From positions 15,528,634 through 15,592,633 of the forward strand of contig JASCQW010000072.1 in assembly GCA_030264375.1 (NCBI GenBank): a stretch of 64,000 nucleotides of DNA. The letters run 5' to 3'. Positions 24,993 through 36,516 of the stretch are shown here, piece after piece. The DNA comes from Carcharhinus longimanus. Its lineage: Eukaryota. The position numbers and the translations under genes are program-made. The notes below the pieces were generated by a model. That model made no database searches and had not been told where the DNA came from. It saw only the letters and a program-made list of their open reading frames with translations. Position 1 is the first letter of the stretch, and each line of letters starts with the position of its first letter.

Positions 24993-25245
24993 TTATTAGT
25001 CACAAGTAAGGCTTATATTAACACTGCAATGAAGTTACTGTGAAATTCCCCTGGACGCCACACTCCGGCGCCTGTTCGGGTCAATGCACCAAACCAGCAT
25101 GTCTTTCGGACTGTGGGAGGAAACAGAAGCACCCGGAGGAAACCCACGCAGATACGGGGAGAATGTTCAAACTCCACACAGACAGTGACCCGAGCCGTGA
25201 ATCGGACTGGGTCCCTGACGCTGTGAGGCAGATACTGTGCTACCC
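24993..25245 (-). mobile_element. HE1-like SINE, alternative tail
   Basis: Reverse-complement tail TTAGTCACAAGTAAGGCTTA..GCAATGAAGTTACTGTGAAA plus body. Confidence 0.85.
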
Positions 25246-25811
25246 GCGTGTCCCAAATGTTCCTTTGTAGGAATTATTAATATATATCACGACTCAGGCT
25301 TTCATTTGCACTTTGTGACATTTTCAAAATGCTACTTGGATATCGTTGGATCAGGAAGGAGGGACTTTATATGTGGCGTACTCATTTGTTGAAGATGAGA
25401 TGCAGTGACTTGAAAGTCCTAAATAAATTCACATAGGGTACTTGGGTTGAGGGATGAAGAAAATTGGAGTTGGCAGGAGTTGAGAGAAGAGGCTTTGCTA
25501 TTGACAGTTCTGTTTCCCTTCAACTTATTTTGTAGAATACCTTGAGAAAGAGATTTTCAGGATGAAATATCCAACACCTATTCGTGGGTGTTGACCTTTT
25601 TATTATCTCGCTTATTTGACAAACTTTTTTTTAATTTAAACCACTTCTCATTTAAAGCACATCCAATTTTTAAAAAAAATGAATTTATGTCATGAAAATC
25701 AAGCTTGCTGAAGTTTGATTTTGCATTAAATTTCATGCATAGATATAATATATTTTAATTAAATTTTGAAAACTGATTATGGTACTAAAGATCAGTTTGT
25801 TATTTACCTAA

Positions 25812-26022
25812 CAGAAAATCAAAATATTGCTAATGCTGGAAATTCAAAATGAAGACTGAAAATGGTGGAAATAATCAGCAAGTCAAGCAGCATTTGCGGA
25901 GAGAGAAACAGATCTAACATTTTAGACGTCCTGATGAAAGGATCTAAATGTTAACTCTGTTTTTCTCTCCACAGATACTCTCTGAGCTGCTGAATATTTC
26001 CAGTATTTTCTGTTTTTATTTA
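25812..26022. mobile_element. Old Penelope-derived palindrome
   Basis: Degenerate inverted arms related to 1431-1629, with central CTGATGA at 25931. Confidence 0.65.
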
Positions 26023-27311
26023 TGGCTGTATCTGTTATTTTTTGATACTGTCCTCACAATAGCTTGTCAAGTTTCATAAAGTAAACAATTAATTTATGAT
26101 GTGCGTGCTATGTGCTATGTTGTATTCTTCCTTCTGTTGGCGCAAGTAATACTCTTATCTTGCTTGAACAAACAATTTATTAATCTTGCATGTATTAAAC
26201 TTTTAATGTTAATTAATGGCCATCAACATAATGCAATCCATTAAGGCAACATTTCAGTTCATAATGTTCTGAAATTTTCTATGACATAGCAGTGCAACAA
26301 ACCATTGTAAACTACAGAAAATAGAAAACTCAGCCAACCATTAATTCTCCAAACTTCAGTTACTTTTCAGCTACACACTTCGATAATAAATCTTGCTTTG
26401 CAATTGTACAATTTTTGGTGACAAAACTTGCTGATGTGGGAGGATTCTTAGTTTTTCCAAAATTATTTTTCTGATGGCTTGAATACCCAACAAACTTTCT
26501 CCCCCTCGCAATTAATCATTTCGAGAAATATATAAAGAGCTGTGTTCTGAATAATGTTTGCTATAATTTTGAATTCCAACTTACTGTACCTGTTGCATTT
26601 TTTTGTACATTTCATTATGTTTAAGCTACTTGATAACAATGCCATAGATGCTTCATTCAATAAGTTTTACGCCTAGGCAAGGGTAGCATTATTGAATTGA
26701 GAATATGGACAATAGCAATTCTTTTGCTGCAATAATTGAAGATTAATCTGAGCTCAGCAGTGGAAAACTTTAATGCATTTAAATGTTATCTAGCTTTATA
26801 TAAGATATGTCAAATGCTGTTGCATTTCTCACTGAAGATAGCTCCTGGGTTTAAACCTACCAAAGGTTTATACTATGGTTGCTGATTATAATCTGCACTC
26901 ACTGGTAGGTAGAAGATCTAATTTTCTAAATATTTCAGCAAGTAGTCCTGCTGCATCAGGTACGTAGTGGCATTCTGATAAATAGAATTCGGGTAGAGTG
27001 CCTTCTTGAGTTAAACCAAGAGTTTGTATGTTAAATTAGAGTAAGTCACCTATACTTGCAATTGTTTTTCGAGACAAAAAGAAACAATTTTTAGATATGA
27101 AATAAGGTGTTGCATTCTTTTTTTGAACAGATGGTTGTCATTTCAAACCTGATTTAAAACTACACGTTTCTAAAAAGGATTATGTTGCTGAGGTTTTTCC
27201 TGTTGCTGGATTAGATTAGGGCCAGAAGGTCAAGTGTAGTATTGACATGCTGTGCTTGGTTGAAGTCAGTAGGTTACAATTTTGCTTCATTTGAAGCAAT
27301 TTTTAAAAGTG

Positions 27312-27517
27312 GCATCTCGGCCTTTTCGCTAAGATGCAAATGAGATCAAGCCTTAGAGGAGGAACTGTGCCTGCTCCAATTAGCTTGGATCATGTAGATC
27401 AAGCCCAAGACAGGAGGTGAGAGCCCTGTCTTAGCGGCTTGGATCGGAAATGTCTCAACTTGTTGAGACTCTGAATTGGACTTGATTTGATTGAATTGGA
27501 ATAAAAACAAAAAAAAA
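27312..27517 (+). mobile_element. U2 snRNA-headed, poly(A)-tailed short retroposed element (candidate SINE)
   Basis: 27315-27335 TCTCGGCCTTTTCGCTAAGAT matches U2 nt 7-27 at 20/21. A non-U2 body with three hairpins follows, then AATAAA at 27500 and an A tail to 27517. Confidence 0.7.
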
Positions 27518-28082
27518 CTGCATTTCTTAAAAAAAAATTGTGTCAGATACAGTCTCTGTTGGATAAAGTAAATCTAATTTAGCCAAAAGATTACTTTGTA
27601 GTTCTTGTGGAGAATACTGATGATTAGCAGTTACTATGAATTGTGTTTTATAATGGGAGGACTGATTATCATTAATTTGAGGTGATGCTTAGGGACTAAA
27701 CATAACTTCACTGTTTGGATTTTTCCACAATACTTGGATAGTTTCATTATATCAGGAGTTGCATTTTATTCGCTCACGTAGCATGTGAATTTGAATGAAG
27801 AATTTTGCACTCGATGTCGTTAAATTCTAAAGTATGTTGAAAAATGCTACCTTTACGTTTCTGGCACATGATATTAAAAGAACAGAAATGTTGGGCTTTG
27901 TGTATTATGTTCACCACCTTAAATTTCAGTTCCTGTATTTGTTTTTTGAAGAATTTGGCCGAATGCTTAATTTTAATGGGTGAAACACTTCTCTAAATTT
28001 AAATACAATACGCAACATCTCGCATGCACTTTCAGCTCCTGTCACACTTCAGTGGATGCTCCACCTCACTGCAATTATCACT

Positions 28083-28398
28083 GGGGTGGCATGGTGGCAA
28101 CAGTGGTTAGCACTGCTGCGTCACAGTGCCAGGGACTCGGGTTTGATTCTTGGCTTGGGTCGCTGTCTGTGTGGAGTTTGCACATTCTCCCTGTGTCTGC
28201 ATGGGTTTCCTCCAGGTGCTCCAGTTTCTTCCCAAAGTCCAAAGACGTGCAGATTAGGTGGATTGGCCATGCTAAATTGCCCCTTAGTGTCAGGGGCTAC
28301 GGTAAATGCATGGTGTTATCGGGATAGGGCCTGGGTGGGATTGTAGTTGGTGCAGACTCGATGGGCCTATGGCCTCCTGCAGTGCACGATTCTATGAT
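28083..28398 (+). mobile_element. HE1-type SINE, CR1-like tail
   Basis: Full head, body and tail ending GATTCTATGA. Confidence 0.87.
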
Positions 28399-29921
28399 TA
28401 GTGAGGGAATACTATGGTACGTACTGAACTGATTGTTAGGATTGGTAGGTGCTAAGATTTGATAACAAGTTTTGTCTATTGTAACATAATATTGTAATTT
28501 AAATGAAAGAGAGATAGTTATTAAATGATAAAGTATGTGGTCATGTGTTTGTAACACAAGGGGACATGGTTGAAGATGGACTAATAAATGGATTATCAAT
28601 AGTTTTCCTGCAATTGTAGCAGCTTAATTTAGCTTTTAGTGCAAGCTGTAGCTCACATTAACAAGTTCCAATCAGAGTAAAGGTGCCAGAAAAAGTCTTT
28701 TGATCGAAGAGAATCGTGAAGGCATCTTTTTCAGGGAGAAGCAATTTGAATTGGAACATGTAAACATTGTTTCCATTTTACAGTTTTATTTAAATTACCT
28801 AGCAAAAACTCCAGCTAAGCTAACTTTAAATCAGTTTTACATGGATGGGAACATTATACCAAAAGGGAAACTATTGACCTTTCAAAGCCGTAAAAGTCTG
28901 ACTAAGTCGTTAAAGAGTTTTATTATGGTTTGAAACACACTGGCTGCTTTCATCCTCTAGAGCATTGATCGGTAATCTTTTTCTCCCCAAATTGTTTTGC
29001 ATCAGGAACAAAGTGTGACCTCTGATGTGTGACGGATATGTGGTAGATACAGTGCTTTTATTTATGAGTGGATCTCCCATGGTACATTTAGGTTGTCTCT
29101 GGCAGCCTTACTCTGGACTATTGGAGCTGCCTTGAAGATTATCATATATCCGCTTCAAAACTACAACTTCACAAGATTATAGGTGATTTTTAACAATGAA
29201 CCAGGATTTTTAAGTGTTTCGTTGTGATATTTAAACATGAATCAATGACTGTTGGTGACGGAAAATTGCAAGGCTTTTGAGACTGATGATTAGAGTACGG
29301 AAGTTGCGCAGCAGTAGAGTCCTGACATAAATTGGCTTTTGTACATTCCCTGGTTAGTTGCTTAAATCTAAAATTAGTTTAAACTTTCCTTTTATGTCAA
29401 AATTTTAAATTGCTGGTGTTGCTGTTTATTTGGTGTTTGGCTGTAAAGTGATTCAATGAATCAACGTGATAATCCATTTTAATCTAACTGAATGGATATT
29501 GTTGAGTAGCCAAAAAGTCAGATTTCTTGCAGTCACCCTTTTAAAGGCTGTCCATTTTTCTTTCATTGGCATGGGGCCAGCTTGTCAAATTCCTGCAGGC
29601 ATAGACCAGTCTTTTGCACTGATGACTTCACATCAGTGCTAGAACCAATGTAGCAGCTGGGTAGGTTGAGTTTGCTTGAGATAAGTCCCTTGCTCAAGGG
29701 GATTTCGCATATTGAAATGTTTTGGCAGTGAGGGGATTTGAATCAGGAACTCCCTGGTTTATTGAAAACTAAGATTTAAAAACCGAATCAAATCAGATGA
29801 TTCGAACAATGGTGTAAAAAAAGTTGTCACGATTAACAATAGGAAACAACATATTCAGTACATGTTACAAGGGTATTATAATCATATTTGAAGCTAACAT
29901 GGCTTTGTTTGCGTGATGTAG

Positions 29922-30046
29922 TTGGGATGGTGACAAAGCCAGCAAATGAACAGTCCCAGGACTTCTCAATCCATAATGAAGATTTCCCTGCACTTCCTGG
30001 CTCCAACTATAAGGATCCAACTTCAAGTAATGATGACAGCAAATCT
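29922..30046 (+). CDS. CNOT2: CNOT2 coding exon VGMVTKPANEQSQDFSIHNEDFPALPGSNYKDPTSSNDDSKS
   Basis: gatgtag acceptor and TCT|gtaagt donor. Lies within ORF 29888..30070 and matches CNOT2. Confidence 0.96.
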
Positions 30047-30899
30047 GTAAGTGTCTATAAAACATGTTAACACTAATGATCTGTTCAGAAATTGGAAAAA
30101 CGGTATCCTGTTTAATAATTACCACTTACTTTCAACGTTGTAAAGAAAGGCATGAAGAATAAACTATTCAGTCTTTTAAAATGTTGAATTGCAAGAATAC
30201 ATATTTTTAGAATGCAAATAATTTGTACATTCAGGTCCTCTGTCAATTTTATAGGAGACAAGTTTATTTCAGCAATGTATAAAATTGCCAGTTGAAGATT
30301 TGTCTTCTGGAAAAGAACAAATAAAAAGTTAGGAGAGCAAACAGCGGATGCCGAAGAACGTGCTGCTTTCTTGCAGTCGCTTGTGAATTATTCTGACCAC
30401 AAAAATAATGTACAACCATGTAGAGTTTACAGCACATGTTTGGCCCTACTGGTATGTGACAGTGTTTAGGCTCCACAAGAGCCTCTTCCAACTCTACCTC
30501 ATCTCATTGTATCAACATATACTACTTCTTCCATTCTCCCTCATTTGTTTATCTACCTTCTCCAATTTTCTTTTCTTTCTGAATGATAAAGCAATTACAA
30601 TTCAATTTTGAGGTTAGTGTCAGCTGACTTTGAGTGGTCGTGATGGCACCAGGAATAGACATCTCAGAGAAGAAGTTCAGTACACGGACGATGATGGAAC
30701 TTGGATGACCATAGACACAATTTGAGCTATTCCTCTGTGGAATAAGCCCAAAGAAATCCCTCATGTCACTTGGGAGTAGCTGAGCATCAATCACACTAGC
30801 AGCCCAGAATGAATGCTGATGCTGTCCCTATAAACTCAAAGATACTGACCAGCAGGGAAACACCCCTGATGCAGTCTCTCAAGAATGTCTCAAAACAGA

Positions 30900-32200
30900 C
30901 AGACTTCTCAAGCCTTTGCACACAAGAGAAAATGGACAGCACCCTGATGGCAGCAAATATGGCAAAGTAGGAGAAGTCAATGGGATTTACCCAGAATTTC
31001 AGAAGAACCTCAGATCACAAGGAAGGAATTGGCTAGCAAATATGCTTGCCAGCTTCCATAGTACAGACACTATTCCAAACATCTGGCCCCAATCCAAATG
31101 GTGGTCATTGCCAGTCCTCTCAACGACTATCTTATTGTTCCGCTTTCAATAATATTTAAGGTCCCTGAATGCTTCCTGGAAGTGGTGATACTTCCCTCCA
31201 CCTCTTCCACCTGCAGTTGGCAGGTTTTTGGTTCATGCAGGTCCTGAACTGCCCTCGGATGTTGAGGCCGATTTCTAGAAAGACTTGAGGACAGGAACCT
31301 CCTTTATTGACTATTCCTGTGCCCCTGACAGTGGTCCACAAGCTTGCTGCTGGAACTCTCAAATGATTTGCTGTATGAAAACCCTACAGCTAATCAATTC
31401 TATGATCAGAAATCGACAGTTCTTGCATATGCTTTCATCAACATGTATACCAGTAACCTTTCTCCCACAAAGTCACAGCTCTTTGCACATGTTGAAGACA
31501 TGACTCTGGCTTTCCAGTCTAAAGAACTTTAAGATATTGAGAAATCACTTGCTGAAGGCCTATGTTCGCTGGAAACCTGTTTCAGAAAACGGAGACTTTG
31601 ACCAAAGACTTCCAGGATTGCTGCTTCAGCATTCCACCTGAGCAACTTGAAGATCAGGGAAGGACTTCATATATATTTCTGTGGCTGACTACTCAGCCAT
31701 GACTAAACAGCAAAATACCTGGACATCACTCTTGACTGTACATTGATCTTCCAGCAATATCTCCAGAACACCGGAGCCAAGCTAAAGAGAGTGAATTTCA
31801 TATCGAAACTGGCAGATAATACCTGGTGCAGCAGAGAAACACTGTCCACAGCTTCACTCATCTTGGGTCTGCCCAACACCAGAGTACTACTGCCAAACCT
31901 GGCTCAGGAGCTACCGTACAAGCATGCTAAATATCCAGCTCCAGGAAAGATGAGGATTATTTCTGCGATGTTGAGAATAACACAGCTTTCTCTGCTAGCA
32001 CACATTGAACTGGAATTCACAGGGAAAACATCATCTTCAAAGAACACCACTGGATGGCAACTAACGAAGCAGTCCCAGAAAAACCCATACACGTCTGAAT
32101 TCTTGCAGCTCCTACTGGAATGCACTCCCAACTCTACAAACTGACAACAATCCTGCCCCTCAAGCATACCTTCTGGTTTGTTACAAACATCACCAACCAC
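30900..32200 (+). mobile_element. Decayed non-LTR retrotransposon RT region, Ingi/Vingi-like
   Basis: Broken frame FINMYTSNLSPTKSQLFAHVEDMTLAFQ (YADD-equivalent), KYLDITLD, AKLKRVNFISKLADNTW, EYYCQTWL and MRIIS. Confidence 0.55.
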
Positions 32201-32599
32201 AACCTGATAGCTAGCCTTAGTGTTGTAGTCTTCCCCTAAAATGCTATTCACCTCAACCACATGGCAGCGAGCACCACATTCTCACCACTCTCTTGAGTAA
32301 AGAAGTTTCTCTGGAATTCCTCCTTGGATTTAGTAACTATCTAATATTTATGGCCCTAGTTTTAGACACCAATAGTGAAGAATAGAATTTTTTTATCTAC
32401 ATCTACCTATGGAACATTTAGGAAAGTTAACAAGGGAGAATGTATTTCAAAGCAATTAACATTGATCAATACCATCATGGTAAACTCAAAAACAAAGTGG
32501 TAGAATGCATCAACATTGCCTAAATTGCTTTATACTACATTAAAACGTACCTGTGAGTGCCTTATTACCCCAACTTGTACGATTTGCACTGACTCATAA

Positions 32600-33310
32600 T
32601 GAAACAGTTCATGGCTGCTTGCAGCAAGACTTAGCATCCAGACTTGGGCTGATCAGTAGCAAGTGACATGGCTGACAAGCTTCAAGCAAAGAGAGCTTCC
32701 GTCAACCCCCTTTTGATGTTTAATGGCAATACCATTTCTGAATCTTCCACTGGTGGTTCTCATTGACCACAAACTCGACAGGACTGGCTACATAAGTGCT
32801 GTGGCTACAGTAACAAGTCAGAAACAGGGTATTCTGCAACCCATCCATCACATTCAACATTATTTCTTCTGCCAGCAGCATACGATGGCTGCAGTGTGTG
32901 CTATTTGCAGGATGTGCCACAGCAACATGCCATGGTTTCTTCAACACACCTCCCAAACCTGCACTTCCTGTCTTTGTCNNNNNNNNNNNNNNNNNNNNNN
33001 NNNNNNNNNNNNNNNNNNNNNNNNNNNNNNNNNNNNNNNNNNNNNNNNNNNNNNNNNNNNNNNNNNNNNNNNNNNNNNTTGTCCTTTTCGGTGACACCAT
33101 GCACACTTCAACAGTCACCTCCAAGTTACACACCATCCAGATTTGGGCACATACTGTTGTTGCTTCAGTTGCTGGCTCAGAATACTAGGACTTCCTATCT
33201 AATGCACTGTATGGGAGTACCCTCACCATGCAGACTGGTTCAAGAAGGTGGCTCACCACCACATAAGGAAATTTAGGGTGGGCATTAAGTGCTGGTGTCG
33301 CTAATAATCT
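32600..33310 (+). mobile_element. Decayed CR1-group LINE 3' fragment spanning a gap
   Basis: Colinear similarity to 3200-3945. Confidence 0.55.
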
Positions 33311-33504
33311 TTTAAAAATCAGTGCCCCTTCCTTTGGAGAGTTCATTATAAAATTAAGAACTATTTGATATCAAGAAACACATATTTTATAGTTTGGATT
33401 GGGATACAATATCTTGGATAAAAATGTAACATATTACTTCAAGATTGCAGTTTTTCCTTAGTGTGGCTTATTCACTGCAGTTTATTTATATATTCCAATT
33501 ACAG

Positions 33505-33625
33505 AACCTGAATACACCAGGAAAAAATGTATCTAATACAGACGGGCCCAAATTTCCTGGCGATAAGAGCTCAACAACGCAAAACAACAATCTGCAGAAA
33601 AAAGGGATCCAAGTGTTATCTGACG
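33505..33625 (+). CDS. CNOT2: CNOT2 coding exon NLNTPGKNVSNTDGPKFPGDKSSTTQNNNLQKKGIQVLSD
   Basis: attacag acceptor and G|gtgggt donor. Lies within ORF 33445..33657. Confidence 0.95.
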
Positions 33626-33729
33626 GTGGGTGGTTCTGTTTGTCATTAAAATTCTAACTTATTTGGAAATATTTAAAAATAATATACATTGGAAGATCAC
33701 TTGTTAGTGTTTCTTTTCTTGTTATTCAG

Positions 33730-33886
33730 GGCGAGTCACTAATATTCCTACAGGAATGGTAACAGATCAGTTTGGAATGATTGGACTTCTAACGTTCATT
33801 CGAGCAGCAGAGACAGATCCCGGCATGGTACATCTCGCATTAGGCAGTGACTTAACAACACTAGGCCTCAACCTAAACTCTCCAGA
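33730..33886 (+). CDS. CNOT2: CNOT2 coding exon GRVTNIPTGMVTDQFGMIGLLTFIRAAETDPGMVHLALGSDLTTLGLNLNSP (NOT1-anchoring region)
   Basis: ttattcag acceptor and GA|gtaagc donor. Contains the conserved NOT2 motifs DQFGMIGLL and LALGSDLTTLGLNL. Confidence 0.97.
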
Positions 33887-34139
33887 GTAAGCAGCATTCC
33901 TAAATTTATAGCTAATCTATCATTCTGATGCTAAGATGAGTTGCACAATGTGGAAAGAGCTCTGTGTATAATTTTTGTTATATTTTTGTTTAAGTATTTA
34001 GTAATAAACGTGTTGAAGTGCAGTGTTAGATGCAACTATTCCGTTGAAAGAAGTTTGTAATGTTCCAACTTGTATATAAATTGATGCTGGTTAAAAAATA
34101 TTGTAGAATAGAAGAATGCAAAAGTGTACTCTATTTGGA

Positions 34140-34830
34140 ATAGAAAGCTAGTCTTAGTCATGGTGACCATAAATTACAGGATTGTCAGAAAACCAACTGG
34201 TTCATTACTGCTCTTTAGGGAAGGAAATCTGCTATTCTTCCTTGGTCTGGCCTGCATGTGATTCCAGACCTATAGAAAATTGGTTGACTTAACTGCTCCC
34301 TGAAATGGTCTGGCATGCCAACTGCTGCAGAGAAGTCAAATAAGCATAAAATTGGACAAGCAACTGCAGCATTGACTAAGTCACACCCTGCCCAGTTGAT
34401 ACTGCAAAGCTCCCCCTCACTAACTGGGCTGGGAGAGCAGTCCACAGCCTGATGTTGTCATGCTCACTGAATCATGCTTTGCAGCCATCTCTGTCCCACT
34501 GGCAGGACATAACCTATTAGAGGTGATGACACAATCTTGGGCCTGGGAGTCCTCAACATTGGCTATTGATCCCATGAAGTGTCATGACTTTAGATCAAAC
34601 ATGGATAAAGAAATCTCTTGCCAGCTACTAACTATTGCATCCTCAGCTGATGAAATGGGCGTTTCTATGTTGAACACCATTTGGAAGAAACATTAACAGT
34701 ATGTAGGATGTAGAATGTGTCCTGATGGAGGACTTTAATTTCCATTACCAAGATGGCTCAGTAGCACCACTGCTTACTGAACTGGCTGAGTTCTGAAGGA
34801 CCTTCTCTGTATCATGAGGTCAGAAGTGGG
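34140..34830 (+). mobile_element. Decayed shark SINE/CR1 5' region
   Basis: Motif GGTGACCAT..CTGGTTCA..TTTAGGGAAGGAAATCTGC..GGTCTGGCCT, followed by endonuclease-like remnants (DFNSH..WL.STT). Confidence 0.5.
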
Positions 34831-34869
34831 GAGTTATGGATTAAAATCTTAAAACTTTTTATTCTGTAT

Positions 34870-35264
34870 TGGTAGGATCAGTAAGTTTGCCGATGACACA
34901 AAGATTGGCCGGGTGGTTAACAGTTCAGTTGAGTGTCTTGGGTTACAGGAAGATAAAGATGAGATTGTCAAATGAGCATTTAAGTGGCAGATAGAATTTA
35001 ACCCTGAAAAGTGTGAGGTGATACACTTTGGAAGGAGTAATTTGACAAAGATGTATACAATGAAAGGTCTGACTCTAGGAAGTTCTGAAGAACAAAGGGA
35101 CCTTGGCTTGATTGTCCATTCATCTCTGAAGGCGGAAAGACAGGTTATAAGAACATAAGAATAGGAGCAGGAGTAGGCCATCTAGCTCTTCAAGCCTGCC
35201 CCGCCATTCAATAAGATCATGGCTGATCTGAAGTGGATCAGTTCCACTTTCCCGCTTTCTCCCC
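34870..35264. mobile_element. CR1 RT fragment (+) fused to an inverted CR1 tail (-)
   Basis: ISKFADDTKIG...FNPEKCEVIHFG on the + strand. ATAAGAACATAAGAATAGGAGCAGGAGTAGGCC (reverse tail) begins near 35146. Confidence 0.8.
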
Positions 35265-35399
35265 NNNNNNNNNNNNNNNNNNNNNNNNNNNNNNNNNNNN
35301 NNNNNNNNNNNNNNNNNNNNNNNNNNNNNNNNNNNNNNNNNNNNNNNNNNNNNNNNNNNNNNNNCCCCCCCCCGCCCCCCCCCCCCCCCCCCGGGGGGG

Positions 35400-35515
35400 A
35401 GAGAACGTGCAAACTCCATACAGTCAGCAACCCAAGCTGGGAATCGAACCCGGGTCCCTGGCGCTATGAGGCAGCAGTGCTAACCCACTGTGCCACCGTG
35501 CACCTGTACCGTGCC
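35400..35515 (-). mobile_element. HE1-type SINE head (rest lost in gap)
   Basis: GGGAATCGAACCCGGGTCCCTGGCGCT...CACTGTGCCACC. Confidence 0.8.
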
Positions 35516-35849
35516 ATGTTTGATTGGTTGGGCACAATGAATAAATGAATGCTCACTCTTCACATTGTGGAGAAGATTTTCTGGTTGCCAGTAACGCTGG
35601 AGGCCTTTAAATGTTTAACTGAGAACTGTGAATTGCTTCTGTGCCGATGAGACATGCAGCCTGGTTATGGGTGGATCCCAGAAATAATATCTTAAAATAA
35701 CCTCGGGAAAAGCTTTATACAATGACTGTATTGTAGCTTTAAGGAAAGGTTCAGTTTACTTTTGGCTGTGACAGATGAGCATTGGGCCATGCAATCTTTT
35801 ACTTCAAATGAGCCAGAAGCACACTCTCTCACAACGTGCATTTTACATT

Positions 35850-36165
35850 TATTTGTTGACGAGATGTGGGCGTCATTGGCTTGATTCAGTGTTTATTGCC
35901 CATCCCTGATTGCCCTTTGAGAAGATGCGGGTGAGCTATCTTCTTGATCCGCTGCAGTCCATACGGCGTAGATACACCCACAGTGCTGTTAGGGAGCGAG
36001 TTCCAGGATTTTGACCCAGTGACAGTGAAGGAACGGCCGATATATTTCCAAGTCTGGAGTGGCTTGCAGGGGCTGGTGTTTGCATGTGTCTGCTCCCCTT
36101 GTCTTTCTGGACAGTAGAGTTCACGAGTTTGGTGAGTTGCTGCAGTGCATCTTTGTAGATGATGC
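35850..36165 (-). mobile_element. CR1-group LINE 3' end
   Basis: Reverse complement of the tail family at 3600-3945. ORF 35886..36167 contains SKSWNSLPNSTVG. Confidence 0.75.
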
Positions 36166-36194
36166 ACACTTTTAGTTTCAGAATCATGGGAATC

Positions 36195-36500
36195 AAAGAA
36201 TCCTTACAGTGCAGAAAAAGGCCATTTGGCCCATCGAGTCTGCACCCACAACATGCCCCTATCCCCATTACCCCACACGTTTACCCTGCTAATCCCCCTG
36301 ATAAGGGTCAATTTATCATGGTCAACCTTCCTAACCTGCACATCTTTGGAGAGTGGGAGGAAACCAGAGCACCCAGGGGAAACCCACACAGACACAGGGA
36401 GAATGTATAGACTCTGTGCAGTCACCCAAGGTCGGATTTGAAACCAAGTCCCTGGCACTGCGAGGCAGCAGTGCCAATCATTGTGCCACCATGCAGCCCC
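36195..36500 (-). mobile_element. HE1-type SINE, CR1-like tail
   Basis: Reverse complement of the family consensus. Confidence 0.85.
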
Positions 36501-36516
36501 TGGTAACTATTGGCAT

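Noticed and set aside
27312-27517. Functional U2 snRNA gene
   Set aside because: Only ~24 nt match U2. There is no GUAGUA in register, no Sm site or 3' stem-loops and no evident PSE, and an A tail is present.
29616-29639. 9-bp perfect hairpin GCACTGATG/CATCAGTGC containing CTGATGA
   Set aside because: There is no GAAA box for a hammerhead and no C/D pairing; one short hairpin is expected by chance or from a MITE remnant.
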